A stretch of DNA of 64,000 nucleotides from Callorhinchus milii (lineage: Eukaryota). The stretch lies in NCBI RefSeq assembly GCF_018977255.1, contig NW_024704742.1, positions 60,328,001 through 60,392,000 of the forward strand. Direction: 5' to 3'. The notes beneath the pieces were generated by a model. It made no database searches. It was not told where the DNA came from and saw only the letters and a list, made by a program, of their open reading frames with translations. This document shows positions 1 to 12,831 of the stretch, in pieces (the first letter of the stretch is position 1; every line of letters starts with the position of its first letter). The position numbers were made by a program, and so were the translations under genes.

Positions 1-1121
1 TCTGGTCAAATTTGAGATTTTATTCTGGAATTTTATTCGAGTTCCAAGAGGTTCATCTGTAAGACTTTACAGATATTATACATGGAAAGCATGACTAACT
101 GACTCTGAATAAAATACATTCTTTGTATACTTTTTATTTTTGAGGAAAAAGTACAATTGCAAATCTCAAGGGGTTAAAAAAAAGTAATTTTACCCATCAT
201 TAACCCTTGTCCTAACAATTTAAACCCTGCACTGAACATGTACTATAATCCAACCTGCTCTGCATTGCATGTGCTGATTTAATCCAAGCCTAGTCATGTG
301 AAAAACAATGTGGGTGATTTTCCTCCTGTCAAGTTACCTTAACGCTTGAGTCGTGACAGGAGTTAAAGCAGCACTTTCAAAGGGACAGATATTTCATCAG
401 TTTAAAATAAAAGTTGCTGTTTTACACGAAGCGATGCTGGTGACTAATTGTGGTTTCCGAACACATTGCTGAGAAAGCAATTAAGGCAACATTGATGCTG
501 AAAGCCAATTAAGTCCACTTCTCCTGAGGATTCCCATACATGGGGTGTTCAATCATGGCTGAATAGCCATAAAGTCTATGAACTTGTGGAGTCAATAGTG
601 TTGCAATATTAGCAGAGAATTTTGTCTTGGGTAATGGGTTGCACTTCAAATGTAGTTCCATTGTATTATCCCAAGAGGGAGTGAGATGATAGTGAGGTTA
701 CGGTCCACAAGTGAAGGATTCTCCATTCAAAGCCACAAGAGAACTGCACAGTGGGACTCAGGGTAATAAATTCCTCTCGACACTATGGGTAGCATTGTAC
801 CCTGATAATGGGAAAACCTATTACAAGAACATTTCATCAAAATCACTGCACTTAGAAGCAAGATGAATTATTCACCTTACTTTTCAATTGATAATTAATA
901 CTTCATTCCACTTTCAATCACATGTCGGTACTGAACTTACTGATACTGCAAGAGGTTCCAATGTTGATCTTTCACTTCAGTTGAACATTGCAGCAAAGAC
1001 TTCAGAAGATCACAAGAGAGGTTTAACTGAAAAAGGCCCTTTACCTTATTTGATCCTTTTCAGAATTTCTATTCTGTCATGCTCCCATCACAGCAACAAG
1101 CATTTTTTTAAATAAGTTCCC

Positions 1122-1362
1122 TGGCCTCAACCATCCTTTCTGGCAACCTGTTTCAGTTGCTAATTACCCTCTGGGTAAAGAACTACTTATTGGTTTCTAC
1201 CCTGATATTGCCCTTTGCAAACCTAAACCAATGTCCTCTTGTTCTACTACTTTGATGCATCTCAAAGTATTGTACTGGGTTTACTTTCTTGATCGCATTT
1301 AATACTTTGCATACTTCTGTAATATTCCCTTGGAAATGTCTCGTATCAAGACTGAAGAGCCC
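1122..1362 (-). mobile_element. CR1-clade LINE ORF2 C-terminal fragment
   Basis: Minus strand reads LFSLDTRHFQGNITEVCKVLNAIKKVN, a decayed match to the CR1 FSLxxRRLRGDxIEVYKI motif. Confidence 0.75.
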
Positions 1363-1475
1363 TACATTATAATAATATAGTAATCCTTACATTTGATATA
1401 GTGTGCCTTATCACATTGTTGAGACCGCTCAAAGCGCTTCACAGAATTTATTATTGACTGTATTTTGTGGACATT

Positions 1476-2075
1476 GAAATTCATTGTAGAGAAATGCAAA
1501 GTGCTTTGCATGGGGACAAAAAATCCAGGAAAGGCTCATTATTTAAATGAAAAGAAAATAATATGTACAGAAAATAAAAAGGACTTGGGAATCCTGATTG
1601 ACAATAAATTGAAGCTCTTGCAATAGTGCTCGGTAGCAATGACTAAAGCAAACCAGATGCTGGGCTGTATTAAAAGGGCTTTATTAAGCCGATATATCCT
1701 GCCACTTTATAAATCATTGGTGCGAGTAAACTGGGAACACTGTGTGCAGTTCTGGTCATAGCAATACAAAAACAAAATTGCAGCAATTGAGAAGATACAG
1801 AGCAGGGCAATCAAAGTGAATGAGAGGATGGAGGGTCGGGACTATGAGGAAGAATTAGCTAAACTGGGCACATTCACCCTGGGGAAGAGAAGGTTGAGGG
1901 GCGATATGATTAACGTCTTTAAGATTCTAAAGGGAGTAGATAATGTAGACCATGATAAGCTGTTTTAGCTTGTACTGAACAGTGGAACCAGAGGACATGG
2001 CCTATGATTGAATGGGGTAAATTCAGAACCAATCTGTGGAAACACTGCTTCAGTGAGCGAGTAATACATGTCTGG
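1476..2075 (+). mobile_element. CR1-clade LINE ORF2 C-terminal fragment; resumes at 2629-2665 after an L2 insertion
   Basis: Decayed peptide KCKVL..KDLGILIDNKL..KANQMLGCIKR..LPLYKSLVR..CVQFW..KRRLRGDMI..FSERVIHVW; the next residues (W)NRLP appear after the L2 at 2629. Confidence 0.9.
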
Positions 2076-2630
2076 CTGCCGAGATGCTCATACATGCATT
2101 CATAACATCCAGGCTCGACTATGCAAACTGCCTGCTTGTCGGCCTCCCCATCTCCTCCCTCCATAGGCTGCAGATCATTCAGAACTCTGCAGCCAGTGTC
2201 CTCTCTCATACCAGGCTCTGTGACCCTATCACCCCCATCCTCGCCCGACTCCACTGGCTTCCCCTCACACCGAGGATATAGTTCAAGATCCTGGTCCTCA
2301 AAGCCCTCCATGACCTTACTCCCCCCTACCTCTGCAATCTCCTAACCCCCTACCAACCAGCTCGCTTCTTCCACTCAGTGGGGTTCAGCCTACTGTTGGC
2401 AGGTGGCCCTTCAGCCACTCTGCCCCCATCCTCTGGAACACCATGCCGCAGTCTCTTCCCCTCCTTCAAGACCCATCTCAACACCCTCCTCTTCGATTGT
2501 GCCTCCCCTGCCCTCCACCCTCTCTGATCCAAACCCCCAGCTTGGGTCTGAAATACTGATTGTCCAGCGCCTTGGAACGTCCTCCTAACATGAAAAACAC
2601 TATGCAAATATAATTTTGTTGTTGTTGTTG
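2076..2630 (+). mobile_element. 5'-truncated L2-clade LINE (ORF2 end, 3'UTR, (TTG)n tail)
   Basis: LIHAFITSRLDYANCLLVGLP..LQIIQNSAA..ITPILARLHWLP is the typical L2 ORF2 C-terminus; 3' stem-loop remnant and TTG repeat follow. Confidence 0.92.
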
Positions 2631-2676
2631 GAACAGGCTTCCTATGGAGAAAGTGTATGTAACCATGAAGGTATAA

Positions 2677-2829
2677 ACCTGGCTTGGTTAGCAGTACTCA
2701 CGTATCTGAGTCAGAGGTTGTGGGTTCAAGTGCCATGTTGGGATTCGGAACTTACATTGTCTAGGCTGACACTTGAATGCAATGCTGGGGATGCACTGTA
2801 TTGTCTAAGATGCCATCCTTTGGATGAGG
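2677..2829 (+). mobile_element. 5' part of tRNA-derived Deu-domain-like SINE (family B)
   Basis: tctgagtcagaggttgtgggttcaag head followed by ggctgacact...gccatcctttggatgag, shared with many copies in the window. Confidence 0.7.
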
Positions 2830-2833
2830 TAGA

Positions 2834-3226
2834 TAATAATAATCATAATAATAATCATAATAATTCTTGTATTTGATATAGTGCCTTATCACATCTTCGA
2901 GATGTCTCAAAGAGCTTCACAGAATATACGGTAAAGTGAATTGACTGTATATTTTGTGAAAAGCGGGAGTGAATTGTGCACAGCAGTGTCCCACAGCCTT
3001 GGATTGACTAACCAAATTGTTATTATTATTATTTTTTTAAGGGATTATTACCCAAGGAAAAGCGATCCACTGATCGACTAACAACCGGGTTCCTATTTAC
3101 TGCAAGGTAAACAGAGGCCTGTGGATTAAGTAAACTTGCCTAACGTTTCATCCTGCAAAGGAATCGAACCCGGGTCCTCTTGCTTGCGAGTTGAGTACTC
3201 TAACCAATACACTACAGGACTCCACA
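2834..3226 (-). mobile_element. tRNA-Ala-like SINE family A, long form
   Basis: Reverse strand begins gtggagtcctgtag, has a B box and the central ctgtttacc..gcagtaaataggaacc segment, and ends in an L2-like tail plus (TAT)n. Confidence 0.85.
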
Positions 3227-3893
3227 CAGGATGTTAAAGAAGGTATGGCACTAGAAACAAAAAGGAGATTCTCCTGGTATCCTGACCAACAATCTTTCAA
3301 ATAAAATTGATCTTTCACTTCATGACTGTTTGTGCGACACTGTATACAAATTGGCCTATAAAATATAGTCAAAACATATTATAGTAAAATCCTTTGAAGC
3401 ACTTTGAGAAATCCTCCTGATGTGAAAGGCACTACATAGAGTGCAATGATTACTAATGTTGAGATTTCTGATAAAAAATGAATGTCAGTTCATTGAATCT
3501 ATGCATTTCAACAGTTTTAACATATTAAAGCATCACAGGATGCAATTCCTTTTCAATTTTTCTCCTACTATTCTGTGTGTAAACTATGCTCTAATTGCCC
3601 ATTGAACAGGTTATTTTTAAGTCCTGAGCACTGGTATTTTAATGTATTTTATGCTGTCAAAATCCTTCAACTATAACAGAAATGTTGAAATCGACACCAT
3701 TTTCAGGTCGCCCAGACATTTCAAATGTTATCAAAATGTATTCAAACACAATCAGCAGGAAACAAAAAGATGTCAAACGATTCAGACAATATCAATTCAG
3801 GTGCATCAAAGCAAGTTGGGAAGTTGTTTTGTGAATAGTAAGCTATAAAGCACAGTTTAAAAATACCAGTCTTTAAAGGTGCATCTCCAAGGT

Positions 3894-4293
3894 GTGGAGT
3901 CCTGTAGCTCAGTGGTTATGCAGTCAATCCACTTTACAGTGTGTTCTGTGAAGCGCTTTGGGATGTCCTCCCGACATGAAAAGCGCTATATCAAATGCAA
4001 GCTAGACTCGCTTTGCAAGCGAGAGACCCGAGTTCAATTCCAGGCACAGGGCGAAACCTTGGGCAAGTTTCCTTACTCCACACGCCTAATAATAATCCCT
4101 CCAAAAACAATAATAAATTGGTCATTTTCAATCTACGACTGTTTGTGGGACATTGCTGTTGCAATTGGCTGCCGCGTTTGCCCACAAATATAGAGTCAAT
4201 TCATTTTACAGTGTGTTCTGTGAAGCGCTTTGGGACGTCCTCCCGACGTGAAAAGCGCTATATCAAATGCAAGGATTATTATTATTATTATTA
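3894..4293 (+). mobile_element. SINE family A, short young form, with an extra tail copy inserted at about 3919-4001
   Basis: A box TAGCTCAGTGG, B box GTTCAATTCC, anticodon arm CTCGC-TTTGCAA-GCGAG, (TAT)n tail; near-identical to 43526 and 45257 copies. Confidence 0.92.
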
Positions 4294-4861
4294 AGGTGGA
4301 AGGAAACCAACATTATTCTTAGAGTTGGATCACACAAGTTTATACATGTCAAGCGCTGAAAATTGTTCACTTTTTGTCATTTCAGCGCTCCGGGATGCTA
4401 CCCCACGTGAAGGGCACTATATAAATGCAACAAATTGTTGTTGTTACTTAATCAGAATGGCAAATCTTATTATAATAAGTAACAAAATTTGTTTTTTTTT
4501 ACCTCTTGACATATGATAGACCACAGATGTTGATTGGAAAATAGGCCAACAAAATACAACTGAATACAGTATTAAAGTGCATTTCATCCCAGCATTGCCC
4601 TCATAATGTAAAACATTTTATAAATGTAAATTGTTGTTGTTGTAATGGAAGACTTTAAAAGAGAGTTGGTCAATAATGTTCAATAACATGTGAGATATTC
4701 AAAAAATATTATGTAAGTAACAGACTGCCACAATCTGCAAATTGAATGTTAGACTGAAGTAACAGAGAGAAAGTTAACAGCTGATCTGATGTTTTGATCT
4801 GAGCATTTATTGTCAGCCTTGGTCAATCAGTAGCATTTTCGTGTCTAAGTCATTTTATTTT

Positions 4862-5280
4862 TGGACACCAGAGGTGTCTAACATATTCGGAAACCCATCA
4901 CCATACTTAAGAATATCTAAACCAAGCAGGGAATTCCATGCATCCCACCTACACATGGAAATTCCAGAGACAGATTATTGGAATGGAATGTGCACTCTCT
5001 CCCTGACAGATGAATCATGCTTACCTTATTCCAGAAAGGATGAGAACATAAAAACATAAGAATTTGCTAGGTGAAAGAAGACCAAGGTCCATCTAGTTCG
5101 CCTTCCACCATCCTGGCAGTCTCTTGACATGTCATGTCTCAAACTATATACTGTATCCTGAGATATTATTCTATTAAAAAAACTATTAGGCAAGAACCAA
5201 GGGTTGGGAGCCCCAGAGTGTGCATTGGGTTGTGGGGTCATGCCCACATACACAGTTTGAGCTCATAGTCTAACTAACAT
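4862..5280 (-). mobile_element. 3' end of unassigned LINE family C, interrupted by a CR1 tail at about 5043-5125
   Basis: Homologous to 8980-9090 and to the reverse complement of 13900-14150; aacataagaa..gaccaaggtccatctagttc CR1 tail lies inside. Confidence 0.65.
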
Positions 5281-7229
5281 TCCAGCCCTCTACCACAATG
5301 CAATATATGGTCAGAGGTGCCTAAAAAAACACAGTCAGTATTCGTGAGCAGCTACCCATGAATGCTATGAAATGTTACATACCCTATATCATATACAAGG
5401 ATTATTATTGATTGTAGAGGAACGTAAAAAAGGCAGAATTTGGGAAGAAACTGATTGACAATTGGTTTGTGTTTACTATTTGACTCAGCTTTCCCAGCTC
5501 TCCCAAACGGCTTGACAAATTCTTACATGGGATTGGGAAAATTTTGTGTTGATTTCTTGTGAACAACTTCTAAGGAATAACTGTATAGCTGAGGACCACA
5601 TTGACAAGATAGTTATTAAAACCAGGATCAGCATTAATGTAAGTAAGTTTAATGATGGCAAAGTCTATTAGCAGTAGTGCTGTGGATTTTTCTGCCTATG
5701 AAAATGGTAGAGTTCTTGTAAATGGTGACATTTTTGTCAATTTATTTTTTATAAAAGCAGTTCTCCAAACCAAGATTGAATTTAAGAATTTTCAAAAGTT
5801 CTGTACAATCTTCAATTTTTAAGTCAAAATATAGCCTCACATTTTGTGTAAGACTAACAGAAATTCCAGTCCTCTTCCTGGATTCCTAAATGCTATTTAT
5901 GAAAACTCCAATTTCATTAGCATAAAGAAAACAGTCTATTGCAACATACTTCCAACAATGAGTATTTCAGATTCTGAAGCAGCTAATGTACCACTTGGGA
6001 CCAATAACATTTGCAACTTCAGAGAATACAGCTCAAGAGGCATTGGACAATGGGATAAATAGCATCAATAATGTTAATGAAGTATGAGCCTTCACCGACC
6101 GCGATCCTAACCTCTAGAACCCCTTTCAGTACCCTGTCTCCACCCTCCCCCCAGCTATTTGTCTTGGAAACCGACCTAAAAAATTAGCTTTTCAAAAGCA
6201 CTCCCCCTTTCCCCCCTTGTTTAGTGTTCAATCCTGTTCTTGTGAAGCGCTCCAAGATGTCAATCTTAAATTCGGTGTAAATTTTGAAGACAGGGTTCTG
6301 TAGTTCTGAGATAGATCTGGGTTATCAAGTTAAGAACTAATAAGAATTTTCCTCAATTCTGCATGATCTTAATTTTTTTTATACACAGAAAGAAAGATTA
6401 TACTGGGTCTTAAAGTCCCATTCGCTAACCTTGCCATGGTCTCTGAACCAGCCAAAAGTTCAATATTCTTTCAAGGGTAAATAATTCTGCTTCATTGGCT
6501 TAATTTGCAGGTATTTTAGAATGTGTGGTTAATCATGAATAACATTGCTAAAACAGTGGAAGCACTGAGGCTATTCATCGTTGTAATTGAGATATATAGG
6601 CAGAGATACATGCAGAAATAGGTAATTATGACAACATAATTAAGGGCAAGATTTCAGTGAATCAATTGCTGTATTTTATCTTTGACATGCAAGCTTTAAA
6701 ATATCACTCTTCTGTTCGCTTAGTCTTTTGCAATCTCTTTTGTGCATATTGCAGCATTCTGAGAGTGTCAATTAGCAAATCAGCAAGGGCATGGCTCAGG
6801 GAAGGTAAAAGCGATGTAGCCTTTGTCTCTTAGTCAGCAGTAGTTTTTTTTTAAAGTTTGTTAAGTTCAGGGAAATCGTCCCATCTATATAATAATAATA
6901 AATAATAAGTGGTGAATGGGCATTATGTGATGTGATGATTAACACTTTCTGGCAATATCTTAGTTTGTGATATTCCAAGTTAAGCTGGGATTCTCTGAAT
7001 CAGCAGCAAATGCTGGGATCGACTCTATGGTGGGTTCAAAAGCACCTCCAGCCGCCTCTTTGGTTACGCCAATGGCAAAATATCGGTCAGGATGGCCTTG
7101 GTAAAGGTTTTCATAGACTGTTGGCATCCCTTGTCACCTCTCAAGCCAGGTCTCTGTTAGACATTTGTCTGATAATTTTGATTCCCACACTTTCAGACTA
7201 TAGACAATTCACAGCATCTTAGATATCAA

Positions 7230-7637
7230 TCAGCCTGACTCAGTTGGTAGAACCCTTGTTTCTGAGTCAGAAGTTTACAGGTGCAAGCCCCACATTGGGA
7301 CTTTGAACTCACATTTTCCAGGCAGACACTTCACTGTAGTGCTAAAGGATCACTGCCTTGTTCGAGGTGCTATCCTTCAGGTGAGATGTTAAACCAAAAT
7401 CATGTTTGCCTGTTCAGATGGATTTTAAAGTTCCTATGACACTTGTCAAAAAGAGTTTCTCCTTGTACCTTGGCCAACAATCCGTCAACTAAAATTGGTC
7501 ACGGCTGCTTGTAGGACATTGCTGATTACAGATTGGCTGCCATGTTTGCCAATAAAATTTTACTGTTAAATTACTCAAAGCGCTTTGAGAGATTCTCCTG
7601 ATGTAAAAGGCACTACATTAAATGCAAAGATTATTAT
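7230..7637 (+). mobile_element. Deu-domain-like SINE family B, near full length
   Basis: tcagcctgactcagttggtag head; central gagatgttaaacc..ctgttcagatgga..ggccaacaat; L2-like tail. Confidence 0.8.
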
Positions 7638-7697
7638 ATAAAATGCTGAACAAAGTGACTTCAAAAGGTGATAAACAACTTGCAATAACAATAATCA

Positions 7698-8131
7698 TAA
7701 TAATAATAATCCTTACATTTGGCATAGCTCCTCATTTTGAGAGGAAATCTCAAAGCACTTCACATGATATTGTGTAAAGTGCAGTGACTTTGTTTTCTTG
7801 TGGGCTAACACAACAACCAATTTGCACAAAGTAATGTTGCCCCAAACAGCCATGAAACAATTAACAAATTTATTTGGGAGATTGTTGGTCACTACACTGA
7901 GAAAACCTCCCTTTTCCTTTCAAACAGTCCACGGGATATTTAACTTCCTGAACAGCCGGGCTAGGCCTTGGTTTAATGTTTCATTCAAAAGATAGCATCT
8001 CCAACAATGAAGCTCACCCCCAAGCATTGAAGTATCATCTTAGACTATATGAATTCTATGTCCCGACATAGGATATGAACCTGTAACGTTTTGACTCGGA
8101 GGTGAGCGAACCAACTGAGGCAGGCTGACAC
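7698..8131 (-). mobile_element. SINE family B, near full length
   Basis: Reverse complement of family B pattern; tail-to-tail with the 7230 copy. Confidence 0.8.
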
Positions 8132-8979
8132 ACATTATACCATTGTCATCACAAGTGAATGGCAAGTAACACAATTTTGTTTCAGTGAATGAGGAGTCAA
8201 GAGTATTACAAATGAGGATTATATTTTTCTATCAATGATGGACAAATATAGATGTTGAAAGTACTAAATACATTTAAGAAGACAACAAAAACTGCCTTTG
8301 GCTTTGAAAATATTGAGTTATCTCCCACTGCCTGCTAGAACGCTCAGCACACTATTTATTCAGCAGTGTAAGTCAATATTTGTATATTGTTTCTTGGCAT
8401 ACAACTTAATTTTGCATAGTCATGGTTTGGAGTATACTTATCAGTCATTGTAAAATATCTCCCATAAAATTCTTCATGGACATTTTATTGCTGTCAATAA
8501 ATTATGAATTTCCAAAAGAAATGTGCCACTAAAAAGCCACCTTGCAGTATTGCTATTGATTTATCTTATATATAGGAGCTATTATTCAGAAGAATTAAAA
8601 CTAAGAATCATATTAGGCTTAACAGCACTGAAAATGATACTTTTTTTTAAGCACTTATAGCATCTAAACTCATACTACTTGGGGATAAATTTACTCTATT
8701 GATGTAGCATTTTACAACGAAAACTTGCATTTACATGGCGTCACGAAACACTTAACAGTGATGGAGCTTGATGTCGTGCCGGGGAGAGAGGGAAGGTGAA
8801 TTTGAAGGTGGAGGGATTGAGGCAGAGTCCCAGAGTTTCAGGGCATGGTGGCTGAAAGAATGACCATCAATTGTGGAGCAGAAGGGACAAAGGGATTTTA
8901 GGGCATACAGAATTTGTCAGATTCTGAATTTTGAAGCTGGTTTTCTGTAAGCTCTTTTAAGCACTGCAGAAGAGGTAGT

Positions 8980-9945
8980 CCCTGGAGGGACGCATCCTAC
9001 TTACCTACTTCCGGAAAGTATTAGGTTCAGGTTGGCAGGAGCCATGGCTTGGGGACCCCAGAGTATAATTTGGGGTATTGCTGTAGTCTAACCAGGTAAA
9101 AACGCATCGCTTACCATTGTTATTGGTGTCTGGCAAGCTTTTCACATTGCTTGTCCAGCTAGGACCTTGTTACCCATTAAAGCTTTGGCTTGCAGGGTTA
9201 ATAGGAACTGAGAGAGAGGATTCCCTGCCCTAGTGACTGGTCTGCCCTTCCAATTCCTGCCAAAGAGCCAGGTTGGCTGCATTGTGATCCATCTCACTGC
9301 TTGATCCTGGCAAATGAGTCAGAAGAAGCCTCTCCATTGTATCTTCAGGAGCTCAGATCCATAAAGGAGCATTGTTTGCACACAGGTCTTATATGCTGCA
9401 ATCTTAACCTGCATTGGGACCTTGCTGTCCTTGAAGAGGCATCAGGACAGTGTCCAGGCAAAGGTTAGTGTCCAGCATAATCCCGAGATACCAATAAGAA
9501 TCAACACGTGGGACTAATGCCCTTTGTATCTTCCAATCAATTCCCTTAAAGTCTTCTCTTGAGCCATGAAGAACTACTTGGTGGCACACACCACATCTCA
9601 CTGGTTGGCCCAGTGTTCGAGATTGTGGGTGCAGCACAGAAGGTCCTCAGGTGAGTATGCCAGCAGCACAATATCTTCTGCAAACAGAAGCACTACAATC
9701 CTGTCAGAGAGGCCTGGAACAGATAGCAAGTTGGAGGGATCTGGCAATGGAGTTTCAGAGAGCGAGTGCCATGTGGCTGAAAATACTGTGTAACACTCTC
9801 TATTAATTGTGGGCATGTGGAGAGGGGACTGACTTGGCTATGATATTCTCTACAGTGAAGTTGCCTGCCAAAGTATTCATATTAACAATGGTCCCTTGGG
9901 CATGATATTGGAGTTCCATAAGCATCTGTAGAACCTAACCTCAAC
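8980..9945 (-). mobile_element. Decayed non-LTR retrotransposon RT fragment (family C; not L2 or CR1; clade unassigned, RTE-X-like is a guess)
   Basis: Minus-strand peptides VLLFAEDIVLLAYSPEDL..LEHW (FADD-type motif) and VPRVDSYWYLGIMLDTNL (YLG motif), broken by frameshifts. Confidence 0.8.
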
Positions 9946-10526
9946 AAGAAGATCCAGACCAAGAGCAGAGAGACTTACACCATTCTGGGGGAAATGGAAA
10001 AAAAAAACAGTTGGACTCACTATATGTATGTTTTAAAAATAATTACCGAAAACCAAGTTAGTTAAGCGTAAATTCAACAAAATACCAAATACTGGAATTA
10101 CAATATTAAATACTGAAAGTTCTGTTAGTACAGTGAATCTGGACTCAAGTGGTATTTCTCCCTTAATGATGGATAACTGGCAACTAAACGCAAAAATAGG
10201 TGCACTTAGTATGCTGTGTTGGTCATGCAAGGTGCCACCACTAACATATGTATATAGTTAGTACTACACTGTGGCATAAGCCAAAATTGGCAATTTATAT
10301 CATTCTTTTCAGCATTGGTAAGGCATGTGAATGTGAATCACAGTGCAGTTAATAGTATTTACATAATGGGACCATTAACATGTGCAGCTCATCATTAAGA
10401 AATGATCATGGGGGTGCTAATGTGATACAATTGACTCACTTGAACTGGTTTCTTGGAGAAAACTAAGATAAATATATTGAACAATAATGGAATTGATTTA
10501 CTTTTCAGATGCAGGCACTTGTGAAC

Positions 10527-10683
10527 AGGTAAATAGGTTGCATCCCTCCAGGGAGAGAGTGTACACTCCATTCCAGACATAAGGAAAATTCCCATGGGTA
10601 GGTACCATACATAAATGAAACTCTCAATCTGGTTTGAATAGACTTAAGCATGGTGATGTGTTTCAGACACAAGGCCAAAAAAA
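10527..10683 (+). mobile_element. LINE family C 3' end
   Basis: ctccagggagagagtgtacactccattcc..cttaagcatggtgatg..cagacac followed by an A-rich tail. Confidence 0.7.
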
Positions 10684-10774
10684 CACTTGTAAAATATATA
10701 ATAACAAAAATATCCCAGCAATTACTTGCCTTTTGAAACCCACAACAGGCTCGCTTCTACTAACTTACCAGACA

Positions 10775-11645
10775 GAGCAGCCTTGGATGACAACAAGTCC
10801 TGGATGAAGGTCAGTTGAATGTCAGCAAGACCGAGATGATTGGCTCGCACCAGCGTCTCCGCACTTCAGGCACTGACAGCATCAGCGTCCAAGGATGCAC
10901 ACTCCACCTCACCAAGCCAGTCAAAAACCTAGGCTTCTTGTTTACCCTCAACTGTTCTTTCTCCCCCACATCTGTGCCATGACCTGCTCTGCCTTCACCC
11001 ACCTCCGCAACATTGTCCGGCTCTGCTACTACCTCACTCCTCAGACTGCTGAAACCCTCATACACAGCTTCATTACAACCAGGCTCCACTATGACAACGC
11101 CCTGCTTGTTGGCCTTCCCAACTCTTCTCTTCACAAGCTGCAGGTCATCCAGAACTCTGCAGCTCTTGTCCTCTCCCACACCAGGCTCCATGACCGCATT
11201 ATAGATACCTTCGACCAGCTCCACTGGTTCCCCATCCCTCAGAGGATTGAGTTCAAAATTCTCGTCCTCACCTTCTAGGCCCTCCATGGCCTTGCCCCTT
11301 CCTACCTCTCTGACCTGTTAACCCCTTATCAACCTGTCTGCTCCCTCGGCTCAGTAGGCTCCGGCCTGCTCCATGTCCTCCGCTCGGCTCCACCATAAGC
11401 AGTCCAAACCACTGGAACTCCATCCCACATTCACTTTGCCTTGCTCCTTCCCTTGCCTCCTTCAAGCTATGCGCTTCAAGACCCTCCTCTTTGACCATGT
11501 CTTCGGCCAACCTACTACCCTCTCTACCCTCCAGTCTCCCTGATTCCCCCCCCCCCTCACTCGAGTCCTAATCCCTGACTGTTCAACATCTTGGGATGAC
11601 CTCCCAATGTGAAAGGCGCTTTACAAATGTAATTTTGTTTTGTAT
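10775..11645 (+). mobile_element. L2-clade LINE 3' fragment
   Basis: LNVSKTE..VKNLG..AETLIHSFITTRLHYDNALLVGLP..LQVIQNSAA..LHWFPIPQRIEFKIL, then 3' stem-loop. Confidence 0.92.
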
Positions 11646-11744
11646 TGAATCTCACAGCCTAACAACTCTCTGTGTGAAAAGAATTCCCCAAAACTTTGCT
11701 TTTCCTCTTCTTTTGACTGTTTTATATACTTTTATAATGTATAT

Positions 11745-12010
11745 ATTTCATATCTCTCCCCCCAAAGGTTGTGGATGCTGGATCCATTCAAATTTTCAAG
11801 ACAGTAGTGGATAGATTTTTGTTAGGGAAAAGGAGCAAAGTGGGGTCATTGGCGTGGAGGTACAGATCAGCCATAATTAAACAGAATAGTGGAACCTTCT
11901 CTGCAATGAAGCAAAGAAAACAGCCATAGCTTCTCCAGTCTCTCCTCATGACTATAGCCTTTCATCCCTGATATCATTCTTTCGATATCGCTTTTCAGAA
12001 TAGCGACTAA
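11745..12010. mobile_element. Two abutting CR1 fragments in opposite orientation
   Basis: + strand CR1 3'UTR (ccaaaggttgtggatgctgg..cagatcagccat) followed by - strand RMISGMKGYSHEERLEKLWLFSL. Confidence 0.7.
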
Positions 12011-12831
12011 AATGGTATTCTCTTTAAAACCGCCACTGAAAGTTCCCACCTCCTTCCTGAAACAGTCACTTGAGAAGTGGCAAAATATTATAATAGCTAG
12101 CAATATTTTCATTCAGTTTTGTGTGCCACAAATTCTTAAAAATTGGGGCCGGTGGGGAGGGGGATTTAAAAATACATTTTAACACCATTTCTTAAATACA
12201 GCAATAGCCTAATTTTGATATGATGATTTTCTAAACTCAAAGTATCTTCTCTCCTGAACTGCCAGGAATTGTGTGTCTTATATGAATGTTTCCCCCTTCG
12301 AGATGTGAGAACTTAGTTGAAGAGCCAAGGCCAATATTGCTGTACAATTAACAAGGCTGGGAATATTCAATTCAATGTCAAGTGGCCTATACACTTGCAG
12401 TGAACATTAAAGCAGAAAACACTTGTGGTCTTTGTATTATTAATCAAATGTTTCAGAGAATGCAACTGATCTGTGCATCCAAACAATGTCGATCACCCCC
12501 AAAAATACATGGCTGTCCTTTACAGATGTTCTGATTCTGATGGTCATAGTTTATGGTTTAGGAAGAACGATCTGGTGTCATCCTTTCCAAGAGCTGCACT
12601 ACCCAGCTTTGTAAGTAAAGATTCACTGACAGATTTGTGTCATGTTGCTGTCAGTTGATGTGAAGTAGGTTATGTTGAGATTGGCTGTGTGCAAGGTTGT
12701 AGTTGGGTCCTTACCAAAGTTCACACTGCACTTCAGGGTTGCAGCAACAGCAATCACGGTTTCCAATGTGAACAGAAATGGTAACCGTGAAAAATCATTG
12801 AGTTGGCTTTAATCCTAATCATTTTATAATT

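Noticed and set aside
520..1030. Repeat-free, moderately GC segment that might hold exons
   Set aside because: All frames I read contain stops, and I found no consistent splice pair or known motif
10811..11287. 158-aa minus-strand ORF (and 1919-2311)
   Set aside because: Antisense frame of L2 ORF2 fragments
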